DNA from: Asterias rubens | Taxonomy: Eukaryota | DNA length: 64,000 nucleotides | Reading direction: 5' to 3' | NCBI RefSeq assembly: GCF_902459465.1 | Contig: NC_047081.1 | Coordinates: forward strand, 4,712,001 to 4,776,000 | Part shown: piece by piece, positions 1-13,104 of the stretch | Numbering within the stretch: the first letter of the stretch is position 1 | Layout: the number at the start of each line of letters is the position of its first letter | The notes under the pieces: generated by a model | The model's database searches: none | What the model was told of the DNA's origin: nothing | What the model saw: only the letters and a program-made list of their open reading frames with translations | Program-made: the position numbers and the translations under genes

Positions 1-958
1 GGATGCAACGAAGCAGACAAACTCTACAGTGTGTCGTGTCCAAGGCCAGGTTGTAATAAAGTCGAGAAGGTTCCAGACAGATGTGGCAAAATAGAATATG
101 AGCTTGGTTAACTTAGATGGGAGCCTTTAAAGTTACAATCCATGTTTATCGCCCAATCGTTTGTTTTAATCGTGTGGGTGGGGGGGGGGGCAACAAATAA
201 AGTGCAGCATTTTATGGTTCCACTTAATCCTATCGATGACTATTGTTTCAAAACGTGCCGTTAAATTCAACTGGAGATATGAATTTCCCCTCGATTCACC
301 AAGGTGGGAAATAAAGAAAGTAGGCCTGCTTGATAACAATAGCCAATTTCATCGTATAGGCATTGAATGCATGATTTCATCCGAGCGCTAACCCATGGTG
401 TTTTCAGATCCAACGGCACGCGAGATTGGACTTTATAGTCAGAGGAGGATGTGTACGATTTGGAGGACCCAGTTCGTGGAAACCATAAACTATTCCAGAT
501 ATTCTCCTTATTTAGGTACAAGTTATCAGACAGGGAGATCCGCTGAGAAAAATTGCCGCCCGATAACACTTTCAGAAGAGAATGTTGACTTTGCTCCACC
601 CTGGTTGGCTACAGGTTTCCTTGTAGACCAGCCAGGTTAAATTTAAGAAGACTGATGACAAAACTGACAGCATACGACTCCTCGTGTAGGATCCGATCAT
701 CTTGGTATCATTGGCAGCCATCTTTGAGTCTATGTTTGTTGATAGGCCTTGGCCTCAAGTTCATATCTGTGTGGTGTTAGGCGCTTCGTCGTGCCCTGCG
801 TGTGATAGTGCAGACAGCATGAGATGATGCATAGTGAGATTGGAAATCTAGACAGGCACTCAAGGTCAAGGTTCACCCAAGGGATGTCAGAATGGGGGCG
901 TGGCTCTTTCTAACGCATTGGGGGACTCTCTGCGAACAGCCTAGCGGGAGGAAGTGTA

Positions 959-1262
959 TTAAAGGCACTTGACACTATTGGTAACTACTCAACGTAATTG
1001 TTACCATAAAAGCTTACTTGGTACCGAGCAATTGAGAGCTGATGATATTATAAAACATTGTGAGAAACGGTTCCCTCTGAAGTAACGTAGTTTTTGAGAA
1101 AGAGGTAGTTTTCACTCAAATAATAAAAGACTACAGGCATGAAGCCTTTTATTATGCATCTGAACGCACACAAAGCTGTGCACAAGTTTTTTTTGTACAC
1201 AAAAACTTCGATGACTAACTTGAGCAAAAAATTTCATAAGTCAGGTTGGTTTATTTTATGCA
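959..1262 (-). mobile_element. Family A MITE, truncated (strand convention: + means the GTCAAAGACCAG end is on the left)
   Basis: TTAAAGGCACTTGACACTATTGGTAACTACTC terminus plus internal homology to the other copies. Confidence 0.85.
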
Positions 1263-1369
1263 TTACAGCTCTTCGTATTCTCCTAACGAAGACCTAGTCT
1301 GTTTAACTGTCCCTGTAGGCGTAGGCCTATAGTCAAGTGTAAAGCTTGGAACGCTAAAGTTTGCTGTTG

Positions 1370-1718
1370 TTAAAGTAACAAGTTGCCTTGAATCGGCCGA
1401 GTTGGTCTTTGAAAGGCGTTTGTTATAGAAGCATATGGGTAGAAAGATGCAGCTGTACAAGCACAATACAATGATCCACACAAACATGCCTCCAAATTGC
1501 ACGGTTTTCAACTTTTTATGGGAATCTTTTGACTCCCAATGGCCGACCGTGTTTTACTGTTAGTTCGCAAAGTAAAAGGAAAACCACGCAATTTCGAGGC
1601 AAATTTGTGTGGATTATTGTATTCTACTTTTAAAACATCTTTCCAACCATATGCATTATATAACAAACGGTTACAAACGCCTTTTATAAAATAACTCGTC
1701 TGATCCAAGGCAACGTCA
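1370..1718. mobile_element. Family B palindromic TTAA MITE, internally deleted
   Basis: TTAAAGTAACAAGTTGCCTTGAATCGG...TGATCCAAGGCAACGT; homologous to 5932-6324. Confidence 0.85.
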
Positions 1719-2500
1719 TTCTTTTACTGAAAGAAACAATACTACGAAATGCCCGGATGCAACTCCCTCAGTATAAATTTCGAGATAACAGTCTTTATTT
1801 TCTTCCTTCATGAAATGGATAATCGTTTCCAGATAACTGTTGTACCCAAGACTCCAATTATTAATGATTGTTATTGAGCTGGACCGACCCGGTGAACCAG
1901 GGACTCTCCGTCCAGTCACTGACGGCCTGTGAAGCATCAGCTGATTGTCGATGACTATGCAACCGGTCGGTCGCGTCAGTAGCGGCTTCATATTCTCCAC
2001 AATACAGGAAGTTATCGATTAAGTCCATCTCGTAACCGTCATATGTTACTTTAATCAACGACTGTGAGCCTACCAATAAAACGATACAAGCCTTAATTAC
2101 ATTACATCTATTATAGAGTTGTGTAGCTGGACAAGACTAGACGCTACGTGTCCTCGGATTCACCTTGGACTGCGCGCTAATTTATGCTACATGTAGACTA
2201 CCTTTATAGGTTTATGCCGAGTGGTTCTTTATAGGTTTATGCCGAGTGGTTTTGGCGGGAAGTATTCCGTGCAGAGAAATGACTACGTTCAAGAAAGACT
2301 GGATGATTTTTTTTGGGGGGTGGGATTGTAAGTCGTGATGTTTTTGGACCCATAAACATGAAGTTGATAATTCATGAACTGGTACATATTTCCATGTAGT
2401 TGTTAACCGGATATAATGAACTGTAAACCCATAGGTTGCGATGGGAACCAACCTCTTTTCCAGGAAAAACACGGACGATTTGTTTCCTTGCACCGTTTCT

Positions 2501-2850
2501 TTCAAGACACAGACATCTTTGGTAGCCAACTTATCAAAGACCAGTCTTCTAACTTGGTGTATCTCAAAATAATATGCATAAAATAACAAACCTGTGAAAA
2601 TTCAATTGGTCGTCGAAGTTGCGGGAGAATAATGGAATAAAAAACACCCTTGTTGCACAAGTTGTGTACTTTCAGAAGCTTTGAATTCGAGACCTCAGCT
2701 GAGGTCTCGAATTTAATTCAAATATTTTAGTGAGAAATTACTTCTTTCTCAAAAACTATACGTTACTTCAGAGGGAGCCGTTTCTCACAATGTTTTAAAC
2801 TATCAACAGCTCTCCATTGATCGTTCAACAAGTAAGTTTTTAATGACTGT
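2501..2850 (+). mobile_element. Family A MITE, degraded ends
   Basis: caaagaccagtc...cagagggagccgtttctcacaatgtttt core. Central perfect palindrome TTCGAGACCTCAGCTGAGGTCTCGAA. Confidence 0.85.
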
Positions 2851-4458
2851 TTGTAAGTCTTTCATTGCCGATTACCACCAGTTTCTTTTTGTAGGCGTAT
2901 CTGTTCTCGTAAGTCTAAAAACGGAAATGACCAAATGTAGATAAACAAAAGGGAGATAAGAGGAACCCATTGTTTCGGATGTTTTATTGCTGTGTTCGAT
3001 TTAGCAAAATGTTTATTTTGCACCATTGTGTTATGACATGTCATCTCAACGGACTTGACGCACCCGACAACTTAACATCTAATGCCTCTTTCAAGCTAGA
3101 CGAGTTTGCCAGGTTAGTCCAAGGAATAGTGATTGAAGTTTTTACATCTGAATCGCTTACCCCAGCTAACTCCTGGGGAATAGCAGTGTTCATTGATCTA
3201 ATGAAAGTTGCACTGAGTGTGAATGAACGAACATGGATGGAACAAGTCCGCAGGAATCTGCGGATATTTCTGCGGTTTCCTGATAATTGGAAAATGGTGT
3301 AACAGGAAAATTATGACTTTTGTTCTTTGGGAATGAATTATGAATCATACTTACTCTTTAAAGATTGGACGACGATTATTTTAATTCATGTCAGTATTCA
3401 AATGTAAGCCAATTACTGCTCAGCTTGAGCACAATGTACGGAGGGTGCTACAACGGCGTGTAGAAGCCCAGGAGTTTCTGTTGAATGAGAGCTATAGATC
3501 ACAGTGTTTTCCATTTTCAGACTCAAAGAGAAAGACCATATTACATGTTGCAACATCATGGTACATGGCAGGCCCTCTTCATTCATAAAAACATTTTATA
3601 GGAGTATGTGATAATGCTGCATATTAAGTAACAATTTTCAATTTTCAATTTATAAGGTTATATTTGATTTACTAACTTCCAAAAGTTGCATGGGCATTTT
3701 AGGTGTGAATATTGTTTATGGTGTCTGGTAGCATCGCAATTTGTCAGTAAGAGCAGTAAGCATGGTCTATAAATTGATAAAAGATATAATTTTCCCTTTG
3801 ATTTCAAGGAAATTATACCCCGTCTTTGGCTAAAACGATAAGCCGTTTGCCTCCGTAGTGGATGAAAGATGTTTATCAAAACTCAAGATAAAAATAAATT
3901 GTTTTGAAGTTTGATTTTTTGTAATCTGATACATCCTTTGAATATAAATTATCTCGGACATAGCAATTTGGTCAGGATATGTTTTATCACCTGCAGTCTC
4001 AGTCCATTTCAGCCTCTGTCTGGAATTTATATTGATACTTGTACATTTCGGGAAACCTTTATTGAATAAGTATGAACTGCCTACTTAAGTTTTACGTGAG
4101 TTTAACAAGAATCAATAACTTAATGAAATGCATACTTTTTGTTGTGGAAGTTTGACTGTAGCCACCTGACGTTTTGATGGATATCCCCTTGGGAATTCCT
4201 TGCATCTCAGACCCCCAAATCCTCTCATTAGGGCTAAAGTTTCGACAGGCAGAAAGTGCACTTGACTTGGTGACTACTGTGGAAAGTGCAAGGGGGCAGT
4301 GTAGCATTGATCCTCTATGCAGACCAACCCTTTTAACACCATTCCGGTTGAATCAAAGTAGTTGAAAGTATACAGTGACTAGATTTGACCAAACCATGTA
4401 TGCCTATACCGAGGAGTCATGCATTCACAACGTTGCATCTCAAACCAAATCTAACATT

Positions 4459-4802
4459 GGACAGTGGACACTATTGGTAATTACTCAAAATAATTATTAG
4501 CTTAAAAACTTACTTGGTAACGAGTAATGGGGAGCTGAAGTAACGTAGTTTTCGAGAAAGAAGTATTTTCCACGAATTGATTTCGATACCTCATATTTAG
4601 AATTTGAGGTTTTGAAATCAAGCATCTAAAAGCGCACGAACTTTGCGTGACAAGGGTGTTTTCTCTGTCATTATTATCTCGCAACTTCATTGACCGATTG
4701 AGCTCAAATGTGCACAAGTTTTTTAAATGTATGTATATGTTGGGATACAGCAAGTGAAAAGACTGGTCTTTGACAATGACCAATTGTGTCCACTGTCTTT
4801 AA
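4459..4802 (-). mobile_element. Family A MITE
   Basis: GACAGTGGACACTATTGGTAATTACTC...CAATTGTGTCCACTGTCTTTAA terminal inverted repeats. Confidence 0.9.
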
Positions 4803-5931
4803 GAACCAATCTGGATAACGTGCAGGAGACAACGAAAATGTAAAATTTACTGGAGCTGAAACTTATGGACAACCATTACTATCAGACGCTGATCTACAAA
4901 ATCAGGTAAAACTGATATAATTGAAGCAAATGACATATCAAAATTGAAAATGATGAAGAAAACAGTCCAATCGGCATTCCACACTCGAATCACTGTATCT
5001 TTCAGTAATCTTAAAATCCAATCATTCATAATGAACGTTCTCATCAAAGTTTTACGAATTAAGAAAGGGTTCCCCGCCCCTCCTCTCCCCTTCCCCCATC
5101 GGCCATATGCGGCCACCTAGAAGTTAAATAAGTAAATATTGGAATCTAATTGATTACTTTCCTCTGCCTCGCCCAACTCCGAGATATGTGGTTCGATATA
5201 TCTCGGCGCTCCAAGGTAATGACGAACAAAGTTAGGAATTGCAAAGTACATTGTCGTCAGCTTCCAGATGCTGGTCCCATTCACTAAGGGCGGGAAGGAA
5301 TTTCATTGGTCACATTGTCGTGTCAACTAAATCTACTCTTTGGTGTGAGACACTCTGTCATGTCCTAACAACTGCACGCGTACATTCCACAGTTGGTTAC
5401 GTCTATCAGACCACAAAGTGCTTAGCGACACATTCTCGTCACCCTTATCGGTCGCCCAAGTCTCAGTCGTCTTGGGTCACGAATTTTACCTGTACTTTCG
5501 TTCGTGATTTAGTCAAGATATTGTTCCGACCTGTAGAATAACGATTTCGCACATAATGTAATGAACCTCCAAACGATTTAGACTTGTCTAAATCTTGAAG
5601 ACTCAGGAATAAATCAATCGGACAGTGAAACAAACTCTGATACAGCGAAGAGTACAAATGTATCAATTAATCAGTTAGAGTTGGAAGTCAATCCTTTTTA
5701 ATTCTTTGAAAGCTCAGAGGAATGAATTCATCATGATGCTGAAGCTGTTTTATGAGTTCGAACTAGATCTGAATGGCTCCGAAGAGGTGTTTTCCTTAAA
5801 TATAACTTAACCCTTGACTCTTCGCGCAATGTCATCGAGGTATGCCACAATATTTGATTTAGTACTTGGTAGTTTACACTGTCGGCGTTAAAGACAGATG
5901 CTGCCTTTTCTGAGTGATCATTTTGCTCATG

Positions 5932-6324
5932 TTAAAGGAACACGTTGCCTTGGATCGGACGAGTTGGTCTATAAAAAGCGTTTGTAACCGTTTGTTATAA
6001 AATGCATATGGTTGGAAAGATGTTTTAAAAGTAGAATACAATGATCCACACAAGTTTGCCTCGAAATTGCGTGGTTTTCCTTTTACTGTGCGAACTAACA
6101 CGGTCGGCCATTTATGGGAGTCAAAAATTGTACTCCCATAAATGGCCGACCGTGTATTTGACTCCCATAAATGGCCGACCGTGTTAGTCTACGATGTAAA
6201 AGGAAAACCGTGCAATTTCGAGGCATGTTTGTGTGGGTCATTGTATTCTACTTTTACATTATCTTTCTACCCATATACATTTTAATGACCAACTCGACCG
6301 ATCCAAGGCAACGTGTTCCTTTAA
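5932..6324. mobile_element. Family B palindromic TTAA MITE (Kolobok-like ends)
   Basis: TTAA|AGGAACACGTTGCCTTGGATCGG ... CCGATCCAAGGCAACGTGTTCCT|TTAA. The two halves are inverted copies of each other. Confidence 0.92.
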
Positions 6325-6374
6325 TGTCAAGCTTTCCCTGACATCATCACCAGTGAATTCGATTTGCTGATAAT

Positions 6375-6530
6375 TGCCCAATTTCGTAAAGTTCCTTAAG
6401 CAAAAAATGCTGCTTATCTAAAAATGAGCAGGATATCAGCACCAGAAACATATTTTGCCCTCGTAATTTTATTACGTTAAGAATAGATGTGCTCAGCCAC
6501 TTTTGCTTGAAGTAGCTATGAAATTATGCA
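6375..6530. mobile_element. Family C MITE (GGCCCAATTTCAT-type TIR, PIF/Harbinger-like by inference)
   Basis: tgcccaatttcgtaaag...aagcaaaa at the left, ttttgcttgaagtagctatgaaattatgca at the right. Confidence 0.6.
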
Positions 6531-6630
6531 CTGGCTGGTGTTTACCGGGATGTTGGTTTTACAATGCATGCAGAAAGACCGTTTAGTACCGCGACGTCAT
6601 GCTACTCATCATTAACGTCACTGTGCCATA

Positions 6631-6770
6631 GAGATGAACCTGACTGTATTTCTTAAGTCTACTCAGCCGTCTAAACAAGCTACTATGGGCTATTGAGATG
6701 TACCTGACTGTATTTCTTAAGGCTACTCAGCCGTCTAAACAAGCTACTATGGGCTATTGAGATGTACTGA
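6631..6770. repeat. 64-bp tandem duplication (about 2.2 copies)
   Basis: gagatg(a/t)acctgactgtatttcttaag(t/g)ctactcagccgtctaaacaagctactatgggctatt starts at 6631, 6695 and (partial) 6759. Confidence 0.95.
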
Positions 6771-7865
6771 TGGCGCTTACTCGAAACCCAAGTCAGGGAA
6801 ATGAAAAATTAGTCTAGCCTCAAGAAATCTCAGCCGCCAATTAGACGTAACTTTAGAGGAAATTGTTCTTCAAATTCGGCTGATTTAAGTAATTATTCCC
6901 GAGAGATGGCGAGATGGATAGAGAGTTCATCTTGGGGACCCGTACCCCGAGAGACCTCGATATTACTGCCCTTTCACGAATATTAGTATGGCTATTTTTT
7001 GATAGTATGAGATCGGTTTAGATTTTTATTTTGCTACCGCGGTATCGCAGCTGATTCACAGTAGTAACGTGTTTATGAGTAGGCGGTACTTTCTCTACGG
7101 AAATAAGGCTCTCTGCATGGATTGTTTTGGATTTTGCGTCCAGGTGAAAAATATCACAAGCTAAGGTTCATTTTTCATAATTTTTTTTCTTTCTTCAAGA
7201 ATGTTTTTGGTTTACCTGCATCATATATTACTGAATTGTTTTTATGTTAGGGAGTTTATCCTTTATAATTGCATGTCATCTGTTTCGCAAATACTTGTCG
7301 TCGTAAGCAATTCTTGAGTTGTGTTAGGTTGCTGAGCGCAAGACAGTTTATAAAATCTGAAGATCTGAGTTTCAGATGGTACTCTGTGGTGCTCTCGCAC
7401 ATAGGGTCTCATTCCCGGTACCGTAACGTTCGACAATAGCAATAAAGGTTATTGTCAGTAGCTTCCCATCAGACAATCCATTCAGACAAAACATTTTGCT
7501 TCCAGACAATCCATTCAAATGGTTTTCTCTCAGACACTCAACTCTAAGAAGAATGTATTGGACTATTTCTGTGTCGTATTTTCCTTGCGTTATATTGTAC
7601 ATGAGGTTATATTGATTCAGTGGCAATTAATTCCGCTGCAATGACATCTCAGTGTGTTGTCATCGGTCAATCCATACTTTATATCGCCCTCATGTGATCA
7701 GAAAGTTCCAATCACGCAACTTCCATATATCAATTACACTCAACCGTCGATATGCATGTCTAAGTATTTATTTCATAATGCATATAGTTTTGATTATGTT
7801 TTATTGCGAAAAGTGCTTTACTTGCCAACAGAGAGTAGTATGCGGTCATTTTGCTTTAAAATTAT

Positions 7866-8262
7866 TTGGCTACCAGGTATTTGTTTAAAATAACTTGGTT
7901 ACCAGGTAGTTGTTTAAATTAACCTGGTTACCAGGTGGTTGTTTAAAATAGCTTGGTTACCAGGTAGTTTCTCAAAATAACTTGCTTACATAGTAGTTGT
8001 TTAAAAAAATCTGGCTACCAGGTAGTTGTTTAAAATAACTTGATTACCAGGTAGTTGTTTGAAATAACCTGGTTTCCAGGTAATTTTTTAAAATGACCTA
8101 GATTCCAGGTAAATAGAATGTTTAAAATAACTCAGTTACGTTGTGGTTAGTTTTAAATAAATTGGTAACCATGTAGTTAGTTTTAAATAATTTGGTAACC
8201 AGGTAGTTAGTTTAAAATAAATTGGTAACCATGAAGTTAGCTTTAAATAACTTGGTAACCTT
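7866..8262. repeat. Degenerate 29/30-bp minisatellite, about 14 units
   Basis: Consensus ttggttaccaggtagttgtttaaaataac. Unit starts 7866, 7895, 7924, 7953, 7982, 8011, 8040, 8069, 8098, a transitional unit at 8131, then 30-bp units at 8162, 8192, 8222, 8252. Confidence 0.9.
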
Positions 8263-9138
8263 AAGCAATAGTCAGGCAGTTATCTTTTACTATATAGTTA
8301 ACATGAAGTTAGTTTGTAAAATTATTATGCTTACTAGGAAGTTAGGTTTAAAATAACTAAATTACCAGGCTGTTAGTGTTTAGAATAACTAGTTCTTCCT
8401 TTAGAAATAATCAGAAAGTTATGTCTTACCCCTTTAGGAAGTTTGAGCGTTGTTTGAACTTTCCTACTCTTTATTGTGTTTTATTCGCGAGCAACAATTT
8501 TGTTGTGTCTTTTCGTAAATCACAACAAACAATATTTTGGCGGGAGATGATAACTCTTATTTGATTGTTGTGATAGAATTAATCTGGGGTGTTTCAACAT
8601 CTTTGGCATCACTCAGATGTGGTTAAAATGAACATTAACGGTCAGTAATGAATGCAATTGTCATTATAGGGAAAACGATGTTAGTTAAAAGTAAGATTTA
8701 ATCTTACATGAAAACGTAAATTTCCCTTGACAAGATAAAGCATCGCTTTGGTTTTGCTGATGAGAAAGCAAGACATCTAAAACACATTTCTAGTGAAATT
8801 AACATGCTACTTAGCTTACGCTAAGTGATACTTCACAACACAACACAAAGCACCGAAAGACTCGAGATTTAACATAAAATACTATTTCAATAGGGAGTTT
8901 AGCGAATTAAATTACAAAATATCTCTTCGTGAGCAACAATTGTCAATATCTTCAAAAAAAACTGCTAAAAATGTACCTGTTCTGTTATTAGTATAACTGT
9001 GTAAAGCTCATTTGAACATTTTTGTTGAAAATGTGGTATACAAATACATTACTACTTTATTTCAATTAAAGAGGTGTAGTGTCAGTAACCAGGAACATTA
9101 CGATAGCCTATATTTGCAATATCTTTGTTTCCTGCACA

Positions 9139-9508
9139 TTAAAGAGAATGTACACGTTTGGCAATTACTCAAAACAAATATTAACTTAAAAAACTGACTT
9201 GGTAACGGGCATTGGAGAGCTGTTGATAGTATAAAACATTGTGAGAAACTACTCCCTCTGAAGTATAGATTTTGAGAAAGAGGTAATTTTCCACTAAAAT
9301 AATAAAAGACTTCTATCCAGTAGAATTTTATTCCTATCGAAAGCACACTAATTCGTCCAAAAAGGGTGTTTTTTTCTTTCATCATTTTCTCGCAACTTTG
9401 ATGACCAATTGAGTTTAAATGTTCACAGGTTTTTTATTTAATGCTTATGTTGGGATACACTGAGAAGACTGGTCTTTGATAATTACCAAACGTGTTCAGT
9501 GGCTTTAA
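9139..9508 (-). mobile_element. Family A MITE, diverged (subfamily lacking the long central hairpin)
   Basis: TTAAAGAGAATGTACACGTTTGGCAATTACTC...AATTACCAAACGTGTTCAGTGGCTTTAA. Confidence 0.85.
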
Positions 9509-10984
9509 CGATATCTGTCAAACCTGTTCCACATTTCTGTTTTTAAGGGGCGTGATTGTTGCTTTCTTCCGTGCGATACTATCCAGAAATAGTTTGCATT
9601 TTTATGAAAGAAAGATCAAGCAACATTTTCGAAACTTGATATCGTTGTTATCGAAGTAGTTTAATCTGTTTTACCGCAAACAAATTTATAACAATATAGC
9701 ACGTTTGAAAAATGTGGTTTCATGAAAAAAAGTTTCACTTCAAGATAACCAGTTACCCCCCGCAGCAACCGGCCATTTTGCTTCCGCTTCAGAGGGCTCA
9801 TTCTATAGCACTACAGCTTACCAGCTTAAATAACACTAATCGTCAATATATCTGACTTAACTTGTAAAGTCTGTTTACCATCAGTGGTACAATATTTCCC
9901 CATGGTTAGGCAAACCAGGATAAAACTAGGACCGTTCATAGGATAACCTAATCGATAAGTCATTATAACCCGGGGGTGCCGCTCCCCGTTTAGAACTGGT
10001 TATAGGAAGTTGTTTGTTCCACAACTCGAATGATGTCGAAGTCACTGTACACAACACTGTAGGCGTGCTATTGTTTATTAAGACGCTTGCTATTATTATA
10101 CAGACTTGCAACTGTATCGATCTCTATTGCCAATGTAAAAAGCCCTCCAACAATGTTTCTCAGCTCATCTAATTCAGGGCGTCTGACAATCGTTTCTTTG
10201 CCCAGCCTAACGGGTCATACACCAAGGAGTGCATACTGAAAGCACTTGCCTTCCAGGCCGGCCGTTTATGTAATCCACACTCGGACCCTTTCAACGTCTC
10301 ACTTTGTGAGTCCAGGCTCCTTTTTCTCTTGTTGACACTAATTTCAAACCACGCTATTCTGAGCTTTTGAGCTTAGGCGTGCGCCACCTATGTAGTAGGT
10401 ATTTCCATAGAGAAAGGACCACGGATGGTATTTCAAACCATGTTCAAAGCTAGTTTGTGCATGGTTTGTGGTTGTGGTTTTCTCTTCAGTGGGACGAGCC
10501 GTGCAGTCATTCACCACAGGCTAATTAGTGTTGTGCTTCATATAATGAGTGGTGATGACTTTACCTCACTAGTAATTTGGAAAATTAAAGGGAACAAACC
10601 CACTTGGTTTGAACAATGGTAGCTTTGGATAGAACCATCCTTAAAGCGTTTTCACAATCACTTTACTGCAAAGTAATGTGAATGTTTTTATCCCCCAAAA
10701 TTTTGCATTTGAGAAACGTTTCTGTCCGATACTTTTCTCAGACTTTGTTTTCTAATTACGAATCATTCTTTCTGCGTGGACAATTTCGTCCGGATTTTTG
10801 GCGATATCTCAAAAAACGGTACCACTTTTTGAAATGGAATGTTCACAGGTTGGCTTCCACTGGGTGACCGATCGGATTGGAAGATTTGAATGAAATACAA
10901 ACGACAGATCGATGCAAACGGGCAGTCTTATTGGCTTTTTAAGTATCGTGACGGCTCGGGAAAGGCACACACCCCCATTGTTCA

Positions 10985-11190
10985 ACTTTACAGATGCTTT
11001 ATTTTAAATCTGAGGCCTCGAAATCAAATTCGAGGAAAATTACTTCCTTCTCGAAAACTATACGTCACTTCAGAGGGAGCCGTCTCTCACAGTGTTTTAT
11101 ACTATCAACCTCTCCCCATTACTCGTCACCAAGTCAGGTTTTATGCTAACACTTATTTTGAGTAATTACCAATAGTGTCCACTGTCTTCA
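10985..11190 (+). mobile_element. Family A MITE, right half only
   Basis: tgaggcctcgaaatcaaattcg...gagtaattaccaatagtgtccactgtc. Confidence 0.85.
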
Positions 11191-12732
11191 TATAAGAGAT
11201 TTTACCCCGGTCCTCGTTTCTCTTAACAAAACAACCGAGCATGTGTTGCTGAAACCAATGTTTAGTGGCAACAAGTTATTCTAAGAACACAGTGACATAT
11301 ATGACAGAATGTGTTGGGAATGTGTTGGGATGTTAATATCATCAACTCTTCACTTTGAATGTATTTAGTCCAAATGATATTGACGAACAATTGAGGAAGT
11401 CATGCTAAGTTTCAAGAGTTCTTGGCATCATCAATCTACTGAGTCAAACACTTTATTAAAAATAATTTCATCAAACTCTCCAAGGGTAACTCGCACTTTT
11501 CCCGAAAAACCCTCTAAATTAAATTAGCTGGAGTTATGAGCTTGGTTGCAAAGTGATAATAATTGCCCGGTCGCCAATCAGATTTGGCACTAGAGGGGAA
11601 ACCCCTGAAGGACTGTATTTATTAGTCACATATTTGTCGGTCACATATACATGAAGCTTGAAACAGTTTTACTTGTAGCTGTAAGATCTCAATGAAAAAC
11701 GGCCTCAGGATCTTTAAAAAAGACCACACAAGTCAAGAATTAGTTAGAATTTGTTCAATACACCACGACGTGTTGCTTGCAAAGTAGAGAATGCAATCGT
11801 TTTATTCTGAGAGGTTTCTATTTTATGTTGTTTCTTGAGTGACCAGTGTGTGCGTGACTTATTATATATGACTGGTCTCTTCTGGCATTTATCTGAGATT
11901 TTCTTGCGGAAAAGCAACTTTTTTGCAGTTTCAACCGGAAGTGGTGAAGTACAGTAAACGTCCCACTGGTGCCTGGTCATAAACTTATTGGTCGTGATAG
12001 AATCAGATTTGCCATATGTTACGAAAGGACAACTATTACAAACATGAAATGTTTGAAAGGACAAGTTGGAGTGTTTATCTTTAGAGAGTGTTTTGGGCAC
12101 TAACATGGTCCGTTCTTTAACCATGGAGGAAGAAATAGTCTACCATAAAACTCCACATGTATTATTAAAACGAAATGTGACACGTTTGATAACAGGGGTG
12201 AGACTGCTCCATAATGGTTGAAGATTATTGGTCAATTATTATTACACGACGTCACGCAAGAATGCATTTACTTAAACCTGCTAAATTTATTTGTGCGCCT
12301 TGTTCATGTGAATAATTGTTTTTGTTGACAGCACAATGCTCCTTGAAAAAAAACCTGTGGATTTTTGATATAACAGAGGGATAAAACAGAGTGATCCCAA
12401 GTGACCCGTCTACAATAGATACTTGCTATACCTCAATACTCTGATAACCCAGTGATGTATATAGTTCAAGCCAGTCAATCACTACACGCATCAGCTGTGT
12501 GTCCCGGTGTTCCTGTTTGTCTTATTGTGTCCTTGCTTTCTCTATCTCAGACATTTTATTTCGGCATCTTGATAATGTCCCATACCTTCCCCGGTTTGTT
12601 AGATTTCCTATTATTTAAGCCTGGTCAGTATTCAAAGTCGGTTGTGGGCATATAGGCCTATTGTTTGCTTCAATTTTCTAATTGTCTGTTTATTTATTAT
12701 TTGCGTCTAGAAAACACACATGCCGATTTGAT

Positions 12733-13104
12733 TTAAATACCCTGTACACCTTTGGTAATTGTCAAAGACCAGGCTTCTTACTTGGTGTATCTCAAAATGT
12801 GCATAAAAAAAAACACCTGTGAAAATTTGAACTCGATTGGTTGTCGAAGTTGCGAGACAATAATGACAGAAAAGCACCGAAGTTTTGGGCTTTCAAATGC
12901 TTGATTTCGGGACCTTAAAATCTAATTCTGAGGTCTCGAAATCAAATTTAAATATTTAAGTGGAAAATTCCTATTACGTTACTTTAGAGGGAGCCGTTTC
13001 TCACAACGTTTTATACTATCATCAGCTCTCCATTGCTCGTTACTAAGTAAGGTTTTATGCTAACACTATTTTGAGTAGTTATCAATAGTGTCCAGTGCCT
13101 TTAA
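12733..13104 (+). mobile_element. Family A MITE
   Basis: TTAA-bounded; ggtaattgtcaaagacc...tagtgtccagtgcctTTAA. Confidence 0.9.

Noticed and set aside
1-960. Protein-looking minus-strand frames (PSKLTKLIFYF..., 110-aa ORF at 267-599) as exons of a neighbouring gene or element
   Set aside because: No recognisable family and no consistent splice chain. ORFs of this length are expected by chance; BLASTX would be needed.
1716-2076. LEIYTEG resembling the RNase H IYTDG motif
   Set aside because: The catalytic Asp is absent, downstream motifs are missing, and no reverse transcriptase lies nearby.
2970-5560. Stop-poor frames at 2970-3302 (+) and 4810-5480 (-)
   Set aside because: About 5 stops in 225 codons is not significant given six frames over 64 kb; no motif recognised.
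9890-10440. Minus-strand frame ...LGKETIVRRPELDELRNIVGG... as a pseudogene
   Set aside because: Reads as protein-like only subjectively; many in-frame stops and no identifiable motif.
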